From NCBI GenBank assembly GCA_052139735.1, contig JBKQWB010000019.1, positions 11,162-75,161 of the forward strand: a stretch of DNA of 64,000 nucleotides. The letters run 5' to 3'. Shown here piece by piece: positions 10,390-18,966 of the stretch. The position numbers and the translations under genes are program-made. The notes under the pieces are model-generated. The model saw only the letters and a list, made by a program, of their open reading frames with translations. It ran no database searches and was not told where the DNA came from. Source of the DNA: Smithella sp. (GTDB lineage Bacteria; Desulfobacterota; Syntrophia; Syntrophales; Smithellaceae). How positions within the stretch are numbered: position 1 is the first letter of the stretch; each line of letters begins with the position of its first letter.

Positions 10390-10729
10390 TTTTGTAAATC
10401 TCCTTTTCCAGTCCTTTACATTTATTTTACAGAAGGACATTAATTATTTATTAATAAACTACTCATTATTAATACCCAAATTGTAAAGCAAGGTCAACAT
10501 AATAATGATAAATATCCTCTTTGCTTCTTCCATCCCCTGCTCCTGACAGCGGTGGACACAAAAAAGGCATAGTAATAGACAAGTCTCTTTTGGGGTCTAT
10601 CATTAACGATTATCTTCAGTCAGACTAAAAAACTTGGCTAAAACAAATGTAAAAAAAATTTATGTTTCCTGAATAGTTGCCATTGCCATATATGTGGATA
10701 GTGGTTACCTTTTAAAAAGAGGTCAGATT

Positions 10730-11386
10730 ATGAAAAATAAATATACGCCTGTTTTGATAATCATTATGATTTTTGGATTTGTATGGGTGTTTTTACTCGC
10801 CAAAGCCGGGACGGAGCGGGTGAAAGTAGAAAGTATTATGAATAAGAAAACAGTGGTGGCAGAAGCTGATAAAAATACGATCCCCCCTGATATGGAAACG
10901 GCGATATTCGCGGCCGGTTGTTTCTGGGGGGTGCAGGAATATTTCAGCCGGGTAAAAGGGGTCATAAAAAGCGAGTCCGGCTATACCGGAGGAACTAAGA
11001 AAAACCCCACCTATGAAGAAGTATGCGCCGGTAAAACGGGGCATGCGGAATCTGTTCGAGTGATTTTTGATCCAAGGGTAGTAAGTTACGAGAGGCTTCT
11101 TCAACATTTTTGGGAATTACACGATCCTACGAGTCTCAATAAACAGGGCAATGATGTAGGCAGTCAATACCGATCCGGGATATTTTACACTAATCCGGAA
11201 CAGGAGATGCGTGCCCGGTCTTCTTTGGAGAAATTGATAAAATCCGGCAAGTATTCTCAAAAAATAGTCACGGAAATATTACCGGCAAAGGAATTTTATA
11301 CGGCGGAGGAATACCACCAGAACTATTTAAAGAAAAACCCTTACGGCTACTGCCATATCGATCTGAGAAAGGCTGCTGACAAATGA
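10730..11386 (+). CDS. msrA: Peptide-methionine (S)-S-oxide reductase MsrA with N-terminal membrane anchor or signal
   Basis: Active-site GCFWGVQEYF, plus GHAESVRV and YHQNYL. The ATG at 10730 is preceded by AAGAGG. The track ORF starts earlier, at GTG 10694. Confidence 0.9.
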   Translation: MKNKYTPVLIIIMIFGFVWVFLLAKAGTERVKVESIMNKKTVVAEADKNTIPPDMETAIFAAGCFWGVQEYFSRVKGVIKSESGYTGGTKKNPTYEEVCAGKTGHAESVRVIFDPRVVSYERLLQHFWELHDPTSLNKQGNDVGSQYRSGIFYTNPEQEMRARSSLEKLIKSGKYSQKIVTEILPAKEFYTAEEYHQNYLKKNPYGYCHIDLRKAADK

Positions 11387-11404
11387 TTCTTAAGTTCGAT
11401 GGAT

Positions 11405-12607
11405 TTACAGTTTGTTCATAATATCATTTTCGTCCGGCGCCTGATCATCCAAAACAGGCGCTTCCAGCAGATGGCTCGGCAGGAAAAACTTATTTGCGAT
11501 GAGCGTCGGAATAACTGCACTGGCAATGACAACCCCCACAATATAAGAATATTGAGCCTGTGAAATTATGTTATGCGACAATCCGAACAGCGCGGAGATA
11601 GTCCCGAACGTCAGGCCTGTGGACATAAGTAATGTGTAATACCATTTTTCTTTTTTATCATCCCTGAAATGATGAATGGCCGGATACAGACCGAATATCT
11701 TGGTAAATATTTTCCCTCCAAAAAGTATAAGAAAGATAACTGGTGCCGCAAGCAACGCCGGTATAGACATCAGGGCGCCGGCCCTGAGAAAATATAAGGG
11801 AGTTAAAAAGCCGACAGTCAGAGTCCTCAACCTCCTGACAAAATGACCGTCTTTTTCCATGGTTCTTGCCATTAACATACCGATGATATAGGCTGGCAGC
11901 ACCGGTTCGCTGCCTGACCATAGCGCCAGTACACCCATTGAGAGCAATACGAAAAGTATCCATTTTGTGCGGATAGCCGCTGTTTTATATGCGAAATGTT
12001 TTATTAAATAATCGGTTATTGCCGGTAAAATAAAAAGTAAAGATATGGTCGCAGCAATAAATATTACGGTTTTATACGTGAATGGCGCGAATATGAGTCC
12101 CAAACCGATAACAGTTCCAAGGTCGTTGACGAAACATGCTCCCAGTATGCCTTTGCCGAATTCGGTTTTATTAAATCCATATTCCAGCATGACCGCGTAA
12201 ACGACAGCCATTGATGTCGTGGAAAGAGCAATGCCGCATAACAAACTCGCTTGTAAACCCCAGCCTATCAGGTAATAGGCAATTAATGAACAACCGGTAA
12301 ACGGAGCGAAAAATCCAATTGATCCAATAATGGAGACTTCTTTGATTTTGGATTTCATGGAATCGGGATTTAATTCAGCGCCCGCGAGAAATGTCAGCAA
12401 AATAGCCCCGACACCTGTGCAGAATTTCAGCCAGTCGGCATTCAGCGACAGTTTGTCAAATAAGCCGAATTGGAAAGCGGCAAATCCGATGACGGTGCCG
12501 ACAATGATTTCCATCAGGGCAATGGAGATTTTCAGGCGGTTGGCAAGGATGGTTGATAAAACAGCGGCAAAGAACCAAAACGACGCAAGAATATAAATAC
12601 TATTCAT
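11405..12607 (-). CDS. Cation:proton antiporter (Na+/H+ exchanger family, CPA-type)
   Basis: 400 aa, about 11-12 TM helices. Overall pattern matches Na_H_Exchanger proteins. Preceded by a fluoride riboswitch. Confidence 0.8.
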   Translation of the reverse strand: MNSIYILASFWFFAAVLSTILANRLKISIALMEIIVGTVIGFAAFQFGLFDKLSLNADWLKFCTGVGAILLTFLAGAELNPDSMKSKIKEVSIIGSIGFFAPFTGCSLIAYYLIGWGLQASLLCGIALSTTSMAVVYAVMLEYGFNKTEFGKGILGACFVNDLGTVIGLGLIFAPFTYKTVIFIAATISLLFILPAITDYLIKHFAYKTAAIRTKWILFVLLSMGVLALWSGSEPVLPAYIIGMLMARTMEKDGHFVRRLRTLTVGFLTPLYFLRAGALMSIPALLAAPVIFLILFGGKIFTKIFGLYPAIHHFRDDKKEKWYYTLLMSTGLTFGTISALFGLSHNIISQAQYSYIVGVVIASAVIPTLIANKFFLPSHLLEAPVLDDQAPDENDIMNKL

Positions 12608-12610
12608 AAA

Positions 12611-12681
12611 ATAACTCCTGATTTTGAATTTGCAGGAGTTATTAGCAGCAAAGGCGGTTAAAGGTGAACCCCATCACCCGC
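12611..12681 (-). promoter_or_regulatory. Fluoride riboswitch (crcB motif) with SD-sequestering expression platform
   Basis: Minus-strand RNA reads GCGGGUGAUGGGGUUCACCUUUAACCGCCUUUGCUGCUAAUAACUCCUGC. It is followed by AAAUUCAAAAUCAGGAGUUAU and then, 4 nt later, the AUG. P1 is GGUG/CACC and the pseudoknot is GGGGU/ACUCC. AUAACUCCUG pairs perfectly (10 bp) with CAGGAGUUAU, which contains the SD. Confidence 0.85.
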
Positions 12682-12712
12682 TCAATAAAGAAGTAAATCT
12701 TTAAAGCGCATG

Positions 12713-12742
12713 TTAATAATCAAATTTTAATTCTTTTGTCAA
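12713..12742 (-). promoter_or_regulatory. Sigma70-type promoter candidate upstream of riboswitch 1
   Basis: Minus strand reads TTGACA-17/18 nt-TTATTA/TATTAA, about 30 nt upstream of the aptamer. Confidence 0.45.
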
Positions 12743-12933
12743 TAGGATGTTATAGAAATTATTATGTGGATAAATTTTCAGGAGCCTGACGGTTTCTTCC
12801 ATTTCTTCCGGTGTTTTCAACGTTGAAAACATATCCAATACATATATGCATTATTCCGGCAAGCCGGCCTTAATTTGTTTTATAAGTTTCCGCAGTTCAG
12901 CAATTATTGCTCTTAAAATAGCTTTTTTGGTTT

Positions 12934-13626
12934 TCATTCAAATCTATCATTTTGGCATTTCTCTAATTGCAAGTTAATCCTTAATGGTCGAGGCTCCCTC
13001 TCTTTTTTAAGTATCTCCGTCATGCGCAACGGATAGCCGCTGGCTAAGTTAACCATATCGTGTATATAATCGCCCTGCCAATTCAGGTGATATTGATTGG
13101 AATAAGTTTGCAGATAATCTTCAACGTCAATCATTTTGAGATAACGCAGAGTGATTGTAGCCGTTGGTATCAGTTGAACTTTAAGCTCAAAGAAATGCTT
13201 TTGGGGCAGAAAATGTTCCACAATGGCGATAAACTGAAAATGTTGTTCTAAAATGAGATGTCGAAGAAATATTGTTTTCTGATTAGTTAATTTGGCGATG
13301 TTGTCAAAAACAATAACTGTATTTTGTTTTTTTAACGATTTCGCATTGGCTACGCGATAACGCATAGATTTATAACCCATTTTGGTCCCGGTTTTTTTGA
13401 ATCTTGCACAGAGACCTAATTCTTTCATAAGTTTTTCACTCATTTCCCCAGGCGTTTTACTGAAATCAACAAAAACAAATTTTCTTTCATCGGCCAATAT
13501 TTTTGCTATTTCTCTTATTAGACTGGTTCGTCCAATGCCAAACTTTCCGCCAATAATAATATTTTTGCCTTCACGTAACGATTCAAAAATTTGTTTTTTT
13601 TCTCTTTTCCGTCCAACAAATAGCAT
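12934..13626 (-). CDS. Small P-loop NTPase (AAA/ATPase_2-like) with atypical Walker A
   Basis: 230 aa. N-terminal FVGRKREKKQI...IIIGGKFGIGRTSL, where Arg sits at the Walker A lysine position. Walker B-like VIVFDN. Starts 35 nt downstream of the dynamin-like gene. Confidence 0.6.
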   Translation of the reverse strand: MLFVGRKREKKQIFESLREGKNIIIGGKFGIGRTSLIREIAKILADERKFVFVDFSKTPGEMSEKLMKELGLCARFKKTGTKMGYKSMRYRVANAKSLKKQNTVIVFDNIAKLTNQKTIFLRHLILEQHFQFIAIVEHFLPQKHFFELKVQLIPTATITLRYLKMIDVEDYLQTYSNQYHLNWQGDYIHDMVNLASGYPLRMTEILKKEREPRPLRINLQLEKCQNDRFE

Positions 13627-13661
13627 AATAATTCTCTAATGCTTTTTGGTAACAATTAAAA

Positions 13662-15317
13662 TTAAATTAACAACTTTTCTATTTGTGCAATCAGCTTTTT
13701 AATTTCGTCGGTTTGGCCCTTTTTCCCGGAAATCAACCCTTCTATCGTTGCGAGTTCTTCATGGATGTAATTAATTGCCTGCAGATGCGTTTCTTCTATG
13801 GCGTTATTAACGCTCTTTTCCCACTGGTAGCCCAGACGAGACAGGTTGATTCCAACTTCTTTCGGGACGCCGCAAATGAAATGCCTCTCAAAGATTCTCC
13901 GGAAAAAAAACATGGGAATTAGAAACCATAGAAGGTCAAGATGAATATCAAAAGATTTTGTAAAGGAGATATCCGGATGATCAGGTTCAATAACATCAAG
14001 TCGCCATTCAACCTCTGCCAGTTTAACGCCCAGCACGTTTTCAATATTATCGCCAAGAAACTTGCGAAAAGCCTCCAGTGACCTGGAAAAAGCCGCGTGA
14101 GCTTTTTTCATGGTGCCCAGAAAATAAATATGCTCGTTTTTGGAAATTACGCGCATCTCTTCAGAAAGTTTTTCCGAAACCCACGTTTCGTAACTCCGTG
14201 ATAGCTTCCAGAGGTTGCCATTCCATGAAGAGATATCTGTCTCAAGATTCCGTATCACTTTCTTTGTCAAAGGCGAACGAAATTGTTCAAGATATGTTTC
14301 AATCAGAGGACGGGTTTGCCGCTGATGCTCGCGGGCAATAATGCCCAGTTCTTCACGTATTAGAGGTTCATTGACTTTCTCATTGAGGATTTGTAAGTGC
14401 AAATTCTCCCGATTCATGTCTGCCTGCAATGATGAATGCAGCGCAATTTTTAAATAGCTCAGGCAACTTTGCGAAAGAAAATGAACTTTATGACGTAGAA
14501 TCCTTAAAAACTCAAAGTCCCTGTTTGCACATATCGTTCTTAAAATATCTTCTTCAATGCGTCGTTTATATTCTTCGGTATTGGTTTTCGTGGAATAAAC
14601 GTAAACCGGCAGTGTCCGGTGAAGTTCCCGCTTCAGAGTCTGTTGAAAAAACACGATAACTTCCTGCCGCTGATCAGGAGTAAGGATATCCGCCTTGGTT
14701 AACAGAAGGATGATGTTTGGCGTGTGGCTGGTCAGTTCGCGAATAAGGTCTAGATCATGTTCCGAAAGAGGGCGGTCGGAACTTACGGCCAAAATTGCTG
14801 TGCCAACAGAAGGAAGCCATTCTTCTGACGCGGACTGGTGACATTTATAGACGCTGCCGAGTCCGGGAGTATCAACCAAACGCAAACCGGGATATTTTTG
14901 CATGGACGGCAATTCAATATCCACAATTGCGACGTTTTTATCATTGCCGGGATTTTTAGCCTCAGATGTAAATTCTACGATATCGGTCAGCGGCACTTCA
15001 GAAGTGCTCCCATCGAAATGCCGCACAATAGCTCTTTCTTTGTTTCCATACTGCAGACGAGTAATGGCTGTTGTAACTGGAGTGGCGCCGACAGGTAAAA
15101 CGCTTTGACCAAGAAGACTGTTCAAAAAAGAACTTTTCCCTGCCTTGAATTGCCCCATAACGGCAATGTCTATGGGAGGATTTTCCGAAAACAATGTCTG
15201 AGCGGCCTCTAATTGACGCGTTAATGAAATCATTTGAAAACGGTCACAAGTATCAGCAATATTTTCTAAAAGGACACGAATATCGGATAGGGGTATTTGA
15301 TTTGAAATGTCGTCCAT
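13662..15317 (-). CDS. Dynamin-family (bacterial dynamin-like) GTPase
   Basis: 551 aa. G1 GQFKAGKSSFLNSLLG, G3 LVDTPGLGS, G4 LLTKADIL. Long helical stalk. Hydrophobic LDLLWFLIPMFFF segment near the C-terminus. Confidence 0.8.
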   Translation of the reverse strand: MDDISNQIPLSDIRVLLENIADTCDRFQMISLTRQLEAAQTLFSENPPIDIAVMGQFKAGKSSFLNSLLGQSVLPVGATPVTTAITRLQYGNKERAIVRHFDGSTSEVPLTDIVEFTSEAKNPGNDKNVAIVDIELPSMQKYPGLRLVDTPGLGSVYKCHQSASEEWLPSVGTAILAVSSDRPLSEHDLDLIRELTSHTPNIILLLTKADILTPDQRQEVIVFFQQTLKRELHRTLPVYVYSTKTNTEEYKRRIEEDILRTICANRDFEFLRILRHKVHFLSQSCLSYLKIALHSSLQADMNRENLHLQILNEKVNEPLIREELGIIAREHQRQTRPLIETYLEQFRSPLTKKVIRNLETDISSWNGNLWKLSRSYETWVSEKLSEEMRVISKNEHIYFLGTMKKAHAAFSRSLEAFRKFLGDNIENVLGVKLAEVEWRLDVIEPDHPDISFTKSFDIHLDLLWFLIPMFFFRRIFERHFICGVPKEVGINLSRLGYQWEKSVNNAIEETHLQAINYIHEELATIEGLISGKKGQTDEIKKLIAQIEKLLI

Positions 15318-15320
15318 AAA

Positions 15321-15393
15321 AAACTCCTACAGATTAAATATTCCGCAGGAGTTATCAGCGGCAAAGGCGGTTAAAGGTGAACTCCATCACCTG
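15321..15393 (-). promoter_or_regulatory. Fluoride riboswitch (crcB motif) with SD-sequestering expression platform
   Basis: Minus-strand RNA reads CAGGUGAUGGAGUUCACCUUUAACCGCCUUUGCCGCUGAUAACUCCUGC, followed by GGAAUAUUUAAUCUGUAGGAGUUUUUUAUG. The pseudoknot is GGAGU/ACUCC. AACUCCUGC can pair with GUAGGAGUU, which contains the SD. Confidence 0.85.
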
Positions 15394-15426
15394 ACCGATA
15401 AAGAAAAGAAATCTTTTCGATATTTT

Positions 15427-15456
15427 CAATTAAGCAAATTTGAATGCTTTTGTCAA
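15427..15456 (-). promoter_or_regulatory. Sigma70-type promoter candidate upstream of riboswitch 2
   Basis: Minus strand has TTGACA at 15456-15451, then 17/18 nt, then a weak -10 (TTAATT/TAATTG). Paralogous to the promoter at 12713-12742. Confidence 0.35.
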
Positions 15457-15671
15457 TAATGATATTTTTAAATGACGCGAAATTGTTAAGCTTGCTTATT
15501 GGTGGAAAATGAACTAAGTTACTCTGAAACGTCCATTATTAACTCTCATACTTAAAACCATCACGTGATTTAATACATTTCATTTAAAAAAGCGTTGCGG
15601 GGGAGAAGATATTCAGATTCAGCATGGCTGGTCATGTACGTTTATAATTTAAAAAAAGAACAGGATAAATC

Positions 15672-17411
15672 ATGAAGACCAAAGAGATGACATTTAAAGA
15701 ATTAGAGATAGACAAGAGAATTTTAAAGGCGATAACGGAACTGGGATTCGAAAAACCGATGCCGGTTCAGCAGGAGGTTATCCCTTTTTTGCTCAATGAA
15801 ACGAGAGATCTTGTGGCCATGGCCCATACAGGTACCGGTAAAACCGCGGCCTTCGGTATACCGATCATTCAACAGATTGATTCCGCTTCAGTAAAAACTC
15901 AGGCGCTCATCCTGGCTCCAACCCGCGAGCTTTGCATGCAGATAACGGAAGACTTGAACCGTTATGCCAAGCACATCGAAAATTTGAATATCGTGGCGAT
16001 TTACGGCGGCGCCAATATCATGGTCCAGATAAAGCAGATGGGAAAAGGCGCTCAGATTGTCGTAGCGACACCCGGCAGAATGCTGGATATGCTCAAGCGA
16101 AAAAAAGTAAACGTGTCAGCTATCAGATGGCTGGTGCTGGATGAAGCAGATGAGATGCTGAATATGGGATTCAAGGAAGATCTCAATGCGGTGCTGGCGG
16201 GCACGCCGGAGGACAAAAGAGTTCTGTTGTTTTCCGCCACAATGCCGCGGGAAATTGAAAGAATCGCGCAGGCCTACATGAAGGAACCGCGGGAGATTAC
16301 AGTCGGCTCCAGGGATACTACGGCGGAAAATGTTCACCATCAGTATTACGTGGTGCATGCCAAAGACAGATACATGGCGCTCAAGAGGATTGCCGATTAT
16401 TATCCGGATATTTACGCCATCATTTTTTGCCGCACAAAAATAGAAACTCAGGAAGTCGCCGACTGGCTCATCAAAGACGGTTATAATGCCGATGCCCTCC
16501 ATGGCGATCTTTCACAGTCGCAAAGAGACAACGTCATGAACCGCTTTAGGGGCAAAAAATTGCAGATGCTGGTAGCCACGGATGTTGCAGCCCGGGGTAT
16601 TGACGTTGTTGATCTGACCCATATCATCAATTACAACCTTCCCGACGATATTGAAAACTATACCCACCGCAGCGGGCGCACCGGCAGGGCAGGTAAATCC
16701 GGTATTTCGATTCTCATTGTTAATTTAAAAGAAGTGTTTCGCGTCAGACATATAGAAAAACAGATCGGCAAGAAATTCCTGGCGGTAAAGATTCCAACAG
16801 GACGTGAGGTTTGCGAAAAACAATTGCTTCATCTGGTGGAAAAACTAAAGAACACAGAGGTTCGGCATGATGAAATCGGCCCGTTTCTGCCGGCGGCCTA
16901 TGAGCAGTTAAAATCACTAAGTAAGGAAGAGATCATTCAGCGCTTCATTTCCACTGAATTCAACCGCTTTTTGAGCTATTACCGCAGAGCTGCCGATATC
17001 AACGTGGAAATAAAAAAAGAGAGCAGGACAGATACCCTTACTCCGCATCGTTCCGGGTTCAAACCCGCAGAAGGTAAAGGTTTAGTCCGATTATTTATAA
17101 ATCTGGGGCAGATGGAGAATTTTAATTCCCAGAAGCTGAAAGCTTACCTGCAGGAGACTGCCAATGTAGCCGATCTTCATATTTCTAATATTGAAGTGAC
17201 GCGTTGTAATTCTTATTTTGAAATAGGCGCTCAATTTGTAGAAATTCTCATTGCCAAATTCAAGAAAGAAAAATTCCGGAATAGACGTGTGCAAATTGAT
17301 TATGCCGAAAGACCCACGCGAGGCAATTTTAGCCAAAGAGGCTATAAAGGCAGAAAAAGATCCGTCGAGACATTTTTTTTCGATAAAAGGAATAAAAGGC
17401 GTGCCCGTTAA
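15672..17411 (+). CDS. deaD: DEAD-box ATP-dependent RNA helicase with C-terminal DbpA-type RNA-binding domain
   Basis: Q-motif region, AHTGTGKTAAF, VLDEADEM, SAT and HRSGRTGRAG. Basic C-terminal tail. Confidence 0.9.
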   Translation: MKTKEMTFKELEIDKRILKAITELGFEKPMPVQQEVIPFLLNETRDLVAMAHTGTGKTAAFGIPIIQQIDSASVKTQALILAPTRELCMQITEDLNRYAKHIENLNIVAIYGGANIMVQIKQMGKGAQIVVATPGRMLDMLKRKKVNVSAIRWLVLDEADEMLNMGFKEDLNAVLAGTPEDKRVLLFSATMPREIERIAQAYMKEPREITVGSRDTTAENVHHQYYVVHAKDRYMALKRIADYYPDIYAIIFCRTKIETQEVADWLIKDGYNADALHGDLSQSQRDNVMNRFRGKKLQMLVATDVAARGIDVVDLTHIINYNLPDDIENYTHRSGRTGRAGKSGISILIVNLKEVFRVRHIEKQIGKKFLAVKIPTGREVCEKQLLHLVEKLKNTEVRHDEIGPFLPAAYEQLKSLSKEEIIQRFISTEFNRFLSYYRRAADINVEIKKESRTDTLTPHRSGFKPAEGKGLVRLFINLGQMENFNSQKLKAYLQETANVADLHISNIEVTRCNSYFEIGAQFVEILIAKFKKEKFRNRRVQIDYAERPTRGNFSQRGYKGRKRSVETFFFDKRNKRRAR

Positions 17412-17576
17412 TTAACCTGCTGGCAGTACCGGACAAAATTACGATTTCCCGTCTTTATTTTTCAACGCAAATGGCGTATAAAAATTATCATTTGCTTGCC
17501 TGCCGGGATATGCTTATGCGGTTATTGGCTGATTTTCCTGTAATTGCTGCTTTTTTAAGTTTAGAGCACTATTTTA

Positions 17577-17605
17577 TTGACATAAAAGACCGGCAACTTT
17601 ATAGT
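17577..17605 (+). promoter_or_regulatory. Sigma70-type promoter candidate for the ferritin gene
   Basis: TTGACA-17 nt-TATAGT, about 65 nt upstream of the ATG at 17670. Confidence 0.5.
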
Positions 17606-17669
17606 TCACGTAAGAATTAACAATATCATAAAATAATCATTTAACTTAATCAGGAAGGAGGATGACAAT

Positions 17670-18206
17670 ATGATTGGAGAAAAAATCAGAAATGCGATGA
17701 ATGATCAGATTAAACATGAACTCGAATCTTTTTATATTTATCTGTCGATGGTTGCCTACTTTCACGAAGAGGGTCTTGATGGAATGGCGCACTGGATGCG
17801 CTGCCAGGCTCACGAAGAAATGATTCATGCCATGAAATTTTATGACCATATTATTGACAGGGGCGGCACAGTCACGCTGCAGGATTTAAAACAGATCAAA
17901 ACAACATGGAAGAAACCCCTGGAAGCCTGGCAGGATGCTTATGAACATGAAAAATTCATTACGGGCAAAATTAATAACTTAACCAAAATATCGCGCCAAG
18001 AGAACGATTATACCTCCGAGCCGCTGCTCTCCTGGTTTCTCAATGAGCAGATAGAAGAGGAAAAAAACACGGAAAAAGTATCCCGCGATTTGAAGATGGT
18101 GGAAACATCAAAAGAGGGTATTTTGATGCTGGACAGGGAATTGGCCGCGCGTGTCTTTACGGCGGGGTCGCCGCTTGATCCGGTCGCCTATAATGTAGCT
18201 CCGTAA
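17670..18206 (+). CDS. ftn: Non-haem bacterial ferritin
   Basis: Ferroxidase-centre pattern: ELESFYIYLSM...EEMIHAMKFYDHI...AYEHEKFIT...NEQIEEE. Confidence 0.9.
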   Translation: MIGEKIRNAMNDQIKHELESFYIYLSMVAYFHEEGLDGMAHWMRCQAHEEMIHAMKFYDHIIDRGGTVTLQDLKQIKTTWKKPLEAWQDAYEHEKFITGKINNLTKISRQENDYTSEPLLSWFLNEQIEEEKNTEKVSRDLKMVETSKEGILMLDRELAARVFTAGSPLDPVAYNVAP

Positions 18207-18407
18207 TTACCGTATACCCGGGAAAAAATAGGCTGGCAGAAACTGTGTCGTAATTAGCCTTTCTGTAATGGCTGCTTTGGGTGTCCTACGCTTAACGGGA
18301 GAAGGGGATGGAAGAAATGAGAGCCGTGGCAATCTAATTTCCCCCTCGTCATTACACCTATTGTAAAAAATATTGGCATATTTAAAAAATTAGATTATAA
18401 ATCGAAC

Positions 18408-18926
18408 ATGAATAAAGATGGCGCCTCAAAAAATATTGTCACTACTTCAATAATAATATCAAGATTCTTTATCTGCCTTGCGTTCGTGTTTATAGCCTAT
18501 GGATGTACCGGGACAAATCATGCAGTTATTCCTCCGGTTACTGAGGCATCAGGAGCCCGGCAGATAAAATCATCTTCCCTCGAAGAAGAACCGGCTGGCA
18601 CAGTGGGAATAGCCCGCTACTACACGAAACGCTATAATGGGAGAAGAACCAGTTCAGGTGCGATCTATAATCCGCGAAAGCTGACAGCAGCCCATCCCAC
18701 CCTTCCATTCGGCACGCGGGTTAAGGTGGTGAATCTTGCCAACAGCAAATCTGTCATTGTAACGGTTAATGATCGTTGCCGCGAGCATGAGGAATCCTTT
18801 ATTGATCTGTCAAGGCAGGCAGCGCGGCAACTGGGTATTATCCGGCAGGGAAAGGCAACTGTCCGTATTATTCCCATGGAAAAAGATAGTCAGTCACAAG
18901 ACGTATCGTCCGTCGCATATAAGTAA
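18408..18926 (+). CDS. rlpA: RlpA-like lipoprotein (DPBB domain, septal lytic transglycosylase family)
   Basis: Lipobox IAYGC. The DPBB core is GIARYYTKRYNGRRTSSGAIYNPRKLTAAHPTLPFGTRVKVVNLANSKSVIVTVNDR. Confidence 0.8.
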   Translation: MNKDGASKNIVTTSIIISRFFICLAFVFIAYGCTGTNHAVIPPVTEASGARQIKSSSLEEEPAGTVGIARYYTKRYNGRRTSSGAIYNPRKLTAAHPTLPFGTRVKVVNLANSKSVIVTVNDRCREHEESFIDLSRQAARQLGIIRQGKATVRIIPMEKDSQSQDVSSVAYK

Positions 18927-18966
18927 CGGGAATTTTATTTAAAATACAAAAAAAGGAGATATCGGG

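Noticed and set aside
12934-15317. Dynamin-like GTPase + NTPase as an anti-phage system of the dynamin/Eleos (LeoA/LeoBC) type
   Set aside because: Only one dynamin-like gene is present rather than the paired or fused LeoABC set. No other defence genes or mobile-element context flank it, and the fluoride-riboswitch leader points to an ion-stress role. A defence role cannot be formally excluded without homology searches.
17621-17645. Fur-box-like sequence in the ferritin 5' leader (core ATAATCATT at 17633-17641)
   Set aside because: Only the central 9 nt match the 19-bp GATAATGATAATCATTATC consensus and the flanks do not. The AT-rich context makes chance matches likely.
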